Assembly (NCBI GenBank): GCA_951406725.2
Contig: OX597819.1
Coordinates: forward strand, 14,570,001-14,634,000
Direction of reading: 5' to 3'
Origin: Octopus vulgaris
Lineage: Eukaryota
Length of the DNA stretch: 64,000 nt
A program made the translations under genes and the position numbers. The notes beneath the pieces are model-generated. The model was given only the letters and a program-made list of their open reading frames with translations, did no database searches and was not told the origin of the DNA. The number at the start of each line of letters is the position of its first letter. Position 1 is the stretch's first letter. This document shows, one piece after another, positions 56,967-64,000 of this stretch.

Positions 56967-57046
56967 AATTAGTAAATAAATGGCACAACTAAGTACCGAT
57001 ATTTACTGCCACATTAATACTAACACACTCGACTGAAATATATATA

Positions 57047-57234
57047 CTTTATTTAAAGCAGCAGAAAATTCAACAAAACCTGTTACACTGAGTTTCACGT
57101 TCCCGTTCGTCGGACAGTTTTTGCTAGAATAGAACCGATATATCGATTCTATTCTAGCAAAAACTGTCCGACGAACGGGAACGCGAAACTCAGAGTAACG
57201 GGTTTTGTTGAATTTTCTGCTGCTTTAAATAAAG
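57047..57234. repeat. 188-bp spacerless palindrome carrying one CCGACGA hammerhead per strand
   Basis: Centre at 57140/57141. Hammerheads at 57080-57117 (-) and 57164-57201 (+): CTGT CCGACGA ACG ggaa CG(t/c) GAAAC tcaga GTA AC(a/g)G. Confidence 0.85.
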
Positions 57235-57253
57235 CATATTACCCTACCATTGT

Positions 57254-57336
<83 letters not shown>

Positions 57337-57584
57337 CAAACATACATACATACATACATACATACATACATACATACATTTATATATTCATATACGTTAT
57401 ACACACACACACGCACACACACATATGTATGTGTGTGTGTGTGTGTGTTTATGTTATAGAGAATGAGAGGGCGCTAGTCAGAAAATGAGAAAGAGAGAGA
57501 GAGAGAGAGCTGCACAAACTGTCTCGCACATACACACACTCACAGAGGAGACTCTTGAGTATAGTCCATTGATTCACGCTAAAG

Positions 57585-58007
57585 CAGTGCTCCGCAACCG
57601 GTATGCCACGGCACACTGCTGCGTCACGAAACGATGCTAGGTGTGCCGCGGTGTAACCTCAATATAATTTTTTCCCCTATATTTTTAGTTATATCTTTCG
57701 TTCAGATGTGCCGCCAAATTTTGAAAAGAATATAAAAGTGTGCCGCAAATATATATTTCTTTACTACCCACAAGGGGCTAAACACAGAGGGGACAAACAA
57801 GGACAGACAAAGGGATTAAGTCGATTACATCAACCCCAGTGCGTAACTGGTACTTAATTTATCGACCCCGAAAGGATGAAAGGCAAAGTCGACCTCGGCG
57901 GAATTTGAACTCGGAACGCAACGACAGACGAAATACGGCTACGAATTTCGCCCGGCGTGCTAACGTTTCTGCCAGCTCGCCGCCTTAAAAAAGGTTGCGG
58001 GGCACTG
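57585..58007. mobile_element. hAT MITE interrupted by a SINE family B copy (57752-57986, minus strand)
   Basis: TIRs cagtgctccgcaacc / ggttgcggggcactg. Degenerate 8-bp TSD cgctaaag/cggtagag. Confidence 0.85.
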
Positions 58008-58097
58008 CGGTAGAGACAGACGTTGACCTGAGCCCTACTGAGGGCTACCAAGGTAGTGAAGGAACACGAGAAGTGAGTTAGACAGGGGGGAAATTAC

Positions 58098-58172
<75 letters not shown>

Positions 58173-58464
58173 GGGAGAGGGATAGAGCGAAAGAGAGAGA
58201 TAGAGTGGGATCACCATGGATGTGCGCATTTCTTGAATCTCTATTGATATTGTTATCTGATTCTATTAACCGACTTATGAGTGGATATGTTTTTCTTTGT
58301 TTTTTACAATCTGGATCGGAATAGAAGAGCGCGAATTTGTGTTTGTTTCTGTGAGGGTATTTTTTTTTGGCATGTATTATATATGTACGTATATATATTT
58401 GTATATATATGTATACGTCATACATATAAATATGTGACTAGTATGGTTCTGTATATCCACGTAA

Positions 58465-58510
<46 letters not shown>

Positions 58511-58617
58511 GTGTAGAACATTGCATGTGCGAGGGCGTGTTTCCTTTAAATTTGTCGTCGAGATAGCACCGTTCCGGACTGTGACTTTTGTGATAAAGAA
58601 CTTCCCTATATGCTCCA

Positions 58618-58680
<63 letters not shown>

Positions 58681-58785
58681 CACACACACACACACATGCA
58701 CACACACACACACATGCACACATAGACTAGCACACATACACATACACACCACTCGCATACTAATATAAATATACATATTTGTATA

Positions 58786-58837
<52 letters not shown>

Positions 58838-58839
<2 letters not shown>

Positions 58840-58988
58840 GGAGTAAACACATAAATGTGAAACAAGGTGGAAAAAAAGAGTACTCAAATACCAGTGGTAG
58901 AGTAATATGCTTTATTTAAAGCAGCAGAAAATTCAACAAAACCTGTTACTCTGAGTTTCCCGTTGCCGTTCGTCCGACAGTTTTTGCA
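58838..58988 (-). mobile_element. TA-inserted element with a hammerhead remnant at 58943-58980 (family of the 57047 palindrome)
   Basis: Reverse complement: CTGT cggacga acg gcaa cgg GAAAC tcaga GTA ACAG. Confidence 0.65.
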
Positions 58989-59099
58989 TATATATATATA
59001 TATATATATGCACTCATATACAAACTCATACAGATATATATATATCTAAATCTCTACATACACATACAGACATATATATATAAATACATGCATATATAT

Positions 59100-59420
<321 letters not shown>

Positions 59421-60945
59421 CTAAAATACGTGCAGACATACATTAGAAGTGGATATATATTTAAAATGCTTAAATAGTTCATTTCATTACGCTCAACAGC
59501 TGTTTCTCTGAAGGCCTAATTCAAAGTGATGTATTGCAAATATCGTCAGGGGAAAATGAATGATTTCTTGATAAGTATTTTTAATCGCACTTCACTTTTA
59601 TATCAATCGCATATTTAAATGCATAATTGTATAATTAATGATGCTTCATACCTTTGAAACAGGTGTTAAGTACAATTGAATTATGCGGTATATGTGAAAT
59701 TTATGCTTTTTGTTTGTTTATTCTTAGTATGTTGGCGAACGTCTAGCTTACTTGAGAATATATGTGTGTCTGTGTGGTAATTGTGTTTACCCCCGAGGAA
59801 GGACCAGCTAAATCTAGCAGCTAAATTACCATCAAATTATACGTTAAAGTCGTAAAAAGAAGGCAAATAGGAAACAATTTAATATTTATAGATCTACAAA
59901 AAAAAAAAGGGATGCTTGTGCCTGTAACGCCGCGGGTTATAGTCTTGCTTGAGTAGGGGAACACATACACACATACACACACACTCACATGCCACGTACA
60001 TGATCACATACACATGTTTATCTATATACACACACATTCATACATATACATTGACACCCGCATATACATAAATACAAATTCACAAACATATATTAAAATT
60101 CACACGCATGCATACACGTACAAAATATGCAAGCATACACACATTCACATACACACACACTCACACACACGTATACACACACACACACACACACACTCAC
60201 ACTTACACACACACACACACTCACTTATACACAAACTCTCACACGCACTCACAAACACACACACTGACGCATGCACACTCACACGCATACATACGCTCAC
60301 ACACGCATGCACACTCACACACACACACACGCTCACACACTTACGCATGCACACTCACACACACACACACACACACACTCACACACACACACAAACTCTC
60401 ACGCACACACTCACACATTCGCACACACACACACACTCACGCACTCGCACACACACATACACACACACTCGCACACTCACACACACGTATCCGCAAATGT
60501 TCTTCCTTTATTAATATTCATTTCAAACTACTTGAATATGAAAATTGTTAGTTTGACCTTTGACCTTTGACCTTTGAAAGCGCCTGTAGTAATACTGATT
60601 GTGTCACTGTGATTCAATGCAGAGAGGATGGAGGATGGGGTTAGGGCATGGCGTGGTTCTGTTTCTGTTCTTGTTTATTTCCGAGCCCACCGTCGTTTAG
60701 GATCAAATACGTTCCAACTATGACCAACCTGTTCTAGACACTACATCCACGACTGCTCTCTGAAGCATGGCTTTCTCTTTTTGAAACATTAGGGCGTGAG
60801 TTGAGGAGAATTTCGTTATTTCTAGCAGGCGACTGACCTTGCTCATTATGGCGTGAAGTGGAGTATTATGGAGTGGTCAGGGCCGGATTGAGACCCATAG
60901 AGGCCATAAGCAAAATTAAGCAATAATATAAAATAATTTTTCACC

Positions 60946-61051
60946 GTGGGCAAGTGTCTCCTACTACAGCCTCGGGCCGACCAAAGCCTTGTGAGTGGAT
61001 TTGGTAGACAGAAACTGAAAGAAGCCCGTCATATATATGTATATATATATA

Positions 61052-61098
<47 letters not shown>

Positions 61099-61222
61099 TT
61101 GTGTGTCTGTGTTTGTCCCCCCTCCCCAACATCGCTTGACAACCGATGCTGGTGTGTTTACGTCCCCATGTACTTAGCGGTTCGGCAAAAGAGACCGAAT
61201 GAGTACTAGGCTTACAAAGAAT
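60946..61222 (+). mobile_element. SINE family A, internal fragment
   Basis: CORE-like domain, microsatellite and start of the 3' domain. Confidence 0.85.
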
Positions 61223-61527
61223 AGACTTACAAAGATTCACCAGCCATAGTGAATCTAGAACGGACATAAATATGGCCAAATCGTTAAGAAGTTCGCTTTA
61301 TAATCTTGAGGTATCAGGTTCGATCCCACTGCGTGCTATTTTGGTTTTCTCTTACTACGGCTCTCACCATGGCTTAAGCTTTAGAGATGAAAATAGATTG
61401 AGACAAACTGTTTGGATGACCATCGAATGGACACGAAATTGAAGGGCCAGCCCTATTATTCAAACGTGTTATACTACCCCCGCTTGAGGACTAAATTAAG
61501 GGTAACAATATTTGTGGAATACATTAA

Positions 61528-62048
61528 CCCATTAACTGCCAAATTTTTTTATTCATATTTCTTGGCTTTGCCAGGTGTCTTAAGAGTTAAAATAATATAT
61601 AGTATTTAAATTTTCTTCATATGTGAATTATTTTGGAAATTACAATAATTTTTTCAAAAAGTTCCAAATGGGGATCACTGAAAAAAAAAAGCGTATTTAT
61701 CCTTTTCTAACCAATTGCAATAATAAATATTTCAGTTTTTTTGAAACTATAGTATCAAATGTGAATGTGTATAAAATATCGATGAATGATACGTATAGAT
61801 GGGAAATGCGAAACAAAAAACCGTTTTCAAAACAGTGAATATTTTTGTAGTTCAAAAATTGCGATTTATTACATAAAATGTCCTCTAGAATTAACCAGAG
61901 CTAATAATGACAAACTTTAACTACTAAATATTGTTAAACACACCTCTGCAAAATGTGATGTCCATAAGCAATTCACTTTAAATTCAATGAACCGACAGTG
62001 AGACTGTTTTTAGCAGATCTCCAAATCGGGCTCATGGCAGGCAATGGA
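61528..62048. mobile_element. piggyBac-like MITE
   Basis: TTAA|cccattaactgcca...tggcaggcaatgga|TTAA (TIR match 11/14), AT-rich interior. Confidence 0.5.
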
Positions 62049-62052
62049 TTAA

Positions 62053-62265
62053 GAGCGAGCTGGCAGAATCGTTAGCATTATGGACAAAGTGGTTAGCGGC
62101 ATTTCGTCCGTCTTCATGTTCTGAGTTCAAATGCCACCTAAGTTGACGTTGCCATTTTTCCTTTCAGAGTCGATAAAATAAGTACCAGTGATGCATTGGG
62201 GTTGGTGCAATCGATTTACACCTTATCCTGAAATTACTGGCCTTGTCTCATATTTCGAAACCAAT
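62053..62265 (+). mobile_element. SINE family B (older subfamily)
   Basis: gcgagctggcagaatcgttagca...gtcgataaaataagtaccag...ggccttgt. Confidence 0.8.
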
Positions 62266-62772
62266 GTCTGTGAAATACTCGGCTACCGACGACTCGTTCC
62301 GTTGTTCGGATAATTACATCGTCCATCGTCGAAATCGATGCAGATCCATTTTGTAGGATTACATTAACAAATGTATCTTCCCTTTTCTTTTCTTTTTTTT
62401 TTTTGTACTGATGGTACTTTGGCTGCTATTTTTAGGATGGCAGTCGACCACATACAGACTCCTTCATTTATTCATCGTTAGTGATGTGCCATGGGGTGGT
62501 GGTGGGTGTCGGGTGCGGTGGGAGGTTGACAGAAGAGAAGGGAACGTGGTAGCGTGGGGCGGGTGGGAGTGAGTGGGAGTGGGCGGGGCTGGGTATGTGG
62601 ATGGTGTGATGTGGGAGAAGGGGGCGTCGTCAGCGTGCCGCAAATTAGTGAAGGGGAGGAGGGGGAGGAGGTAGAAGGTGGAGTGGTGCGAATGAAATGA
62701 GGAAGATGTAAATGTAGGGAGAGGAGGAGTAGAAAGGGGCGGCGGTGAGTTTCGAGCAGAGAAGATTGTGGA

Positions 62773-62807
<35 letters not shown>

Positions 62808-63147
62808 GAGAGAGAGAGAACAAGGGGGAGAAGGGGAGGGTGCGAGAGATGTTCAGAGCAAATCTGTGCGAAGCTCGTTTCTATGAGTCAATATTAAGAA
62901 AGTGCCGGAGGAAATTATCAGATTTAATCTACTGGACAAGGGTGGCTAAAAAAAATGATCTGCTGCAAATGTCCAGTCGTCTCTTGTTTTTTTTTTCTTC
63001 CTCCTCTTCCGCCAAATACAAGTAAATCAAACCTTTTACAGACATTGAACCAAGGAACAGTCTTCACGTGAGGGGCACGAAGTGGTTAAAATAGTCGCCA
63101 CCTCAAATCATATGCTGTAGTTTTGAAAAAGGGACGTGTGTGCGTGC

Positions 63148-63190
<43 letters not shown>

Positions 63191-63284
63191 AGTGACACAA
63201 AATGGAATTATCGAGACTGATTTTTCAAAAAATCACTACAATTGGTTCGACTCATTTTCGCACTCATTTCATATATTCTTACTC

Positions 63285-63508
63285 TTACTCTTTACTCTTT
63301 ACTTGTTTCAGTCATTTGACTGCGGCCATGCTGGAGCACCGCCTTTTAGTCGAGCAACTCGACCCCGGGACTTATTATTTTTGTAAGCCCAGTACTTATT
63401 CTATCGGTCTCTTTTTGCCGAACCGCTAAGTGACGGGGGACGTAAACACACCAGCATCGTTTGTCAAGCAATGCTAGGGGGACAAACACAGACACACAAA
63501 CACACACG

Positions 63509-63540
<32 letters not shown>

Positions 63541-63551
63541 CATATATACGA
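63285..63551 (-). mobile_element. SINE family A 3' half
   Basis: Reverse complement of the tail and 3' domain. Confidence 0.85.
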
Positions 63552-63933
63552 CATATATGTGATGTGCATGGTAAATGGATGGCAGAACTGGAGGTTAGAA
63601 GACATCGCAAGGCAATTATAAAATAAGAAAGATTAAGATGTAGAACGGCCAAACAACAGAAACCAGGATGAAGCAAGAAGCATAAGTGGCATAATTCAAG
63701 TCAAGGAAGAAACTACAAAAAAAAAAGTACTACCAACGTGAATTTCTATTGTTTGATGACATCAGGTTGCCAATAACTGTGGTCGAGCTTTGCACAACAT
63801 TTTAGAAGGCTTTTACTGGAATCTCACTTAAGTGTGTGTATATCTTAAATCTTCGGATTTTTTTTTAATATGCAAGACCACTGGTTTAAATTGATGTTAA
63901 TTGATTGATATTAATTTCTACCCTCATTATTTA

Positions 63934-64000
<67 letters not shown>

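Noticed and set aside
60554-60573. (TGACCTT)3, resembling nuclear-receptor DR1 sites
   Set aside because: Short simple repeat with no linked gene or conservation evidence.
60888-60925. cagggccggatt... possible hAT element end
   Set aside because: No matching second terminus found.

Overview
Repeat-saturated, gene-poor animal genomic DNA. The SINE families and very high microsatellite load point to an octopus (coleoid cephalopod), most likely intronic or intergenic sequence; the species call is an inference. No intact host gene can be supported, and nearly all ORFs in the track are microsatellite read-through. The window holds (TA)n, (TG)n, (CATA)n, (GATA)n, (TAA)n, (TAG)n and (CCA)n tracts and about 30 copies of three tRNA-headed SINE families. 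It also holds fragments of Tx1/L1, R4/Dong, RTE and CR1 LINEs, two Penelope GIY-YIG fragments, non-autonomous Helitrons, and mariner, hAT and piggyBac-like MITEs. The most interesting signal, read directly from the sequence, is a dense and diverse set of minimal type I hammerhead ribozyme motifs: about 15 recognisable motifs from several distinct short element families. They sit mostly inside (TA)n tracts and often in inverted or palindromic arrangements. Many carry family-wide non-canonical cores (CUGUUGA, CUGCUGA, CCGACGA), and one family is a tRNA-headed SINE with a hammerhead and a 14-bp TSD. Ribozyme activity and novelty cannot be shown without experiments and database searches.
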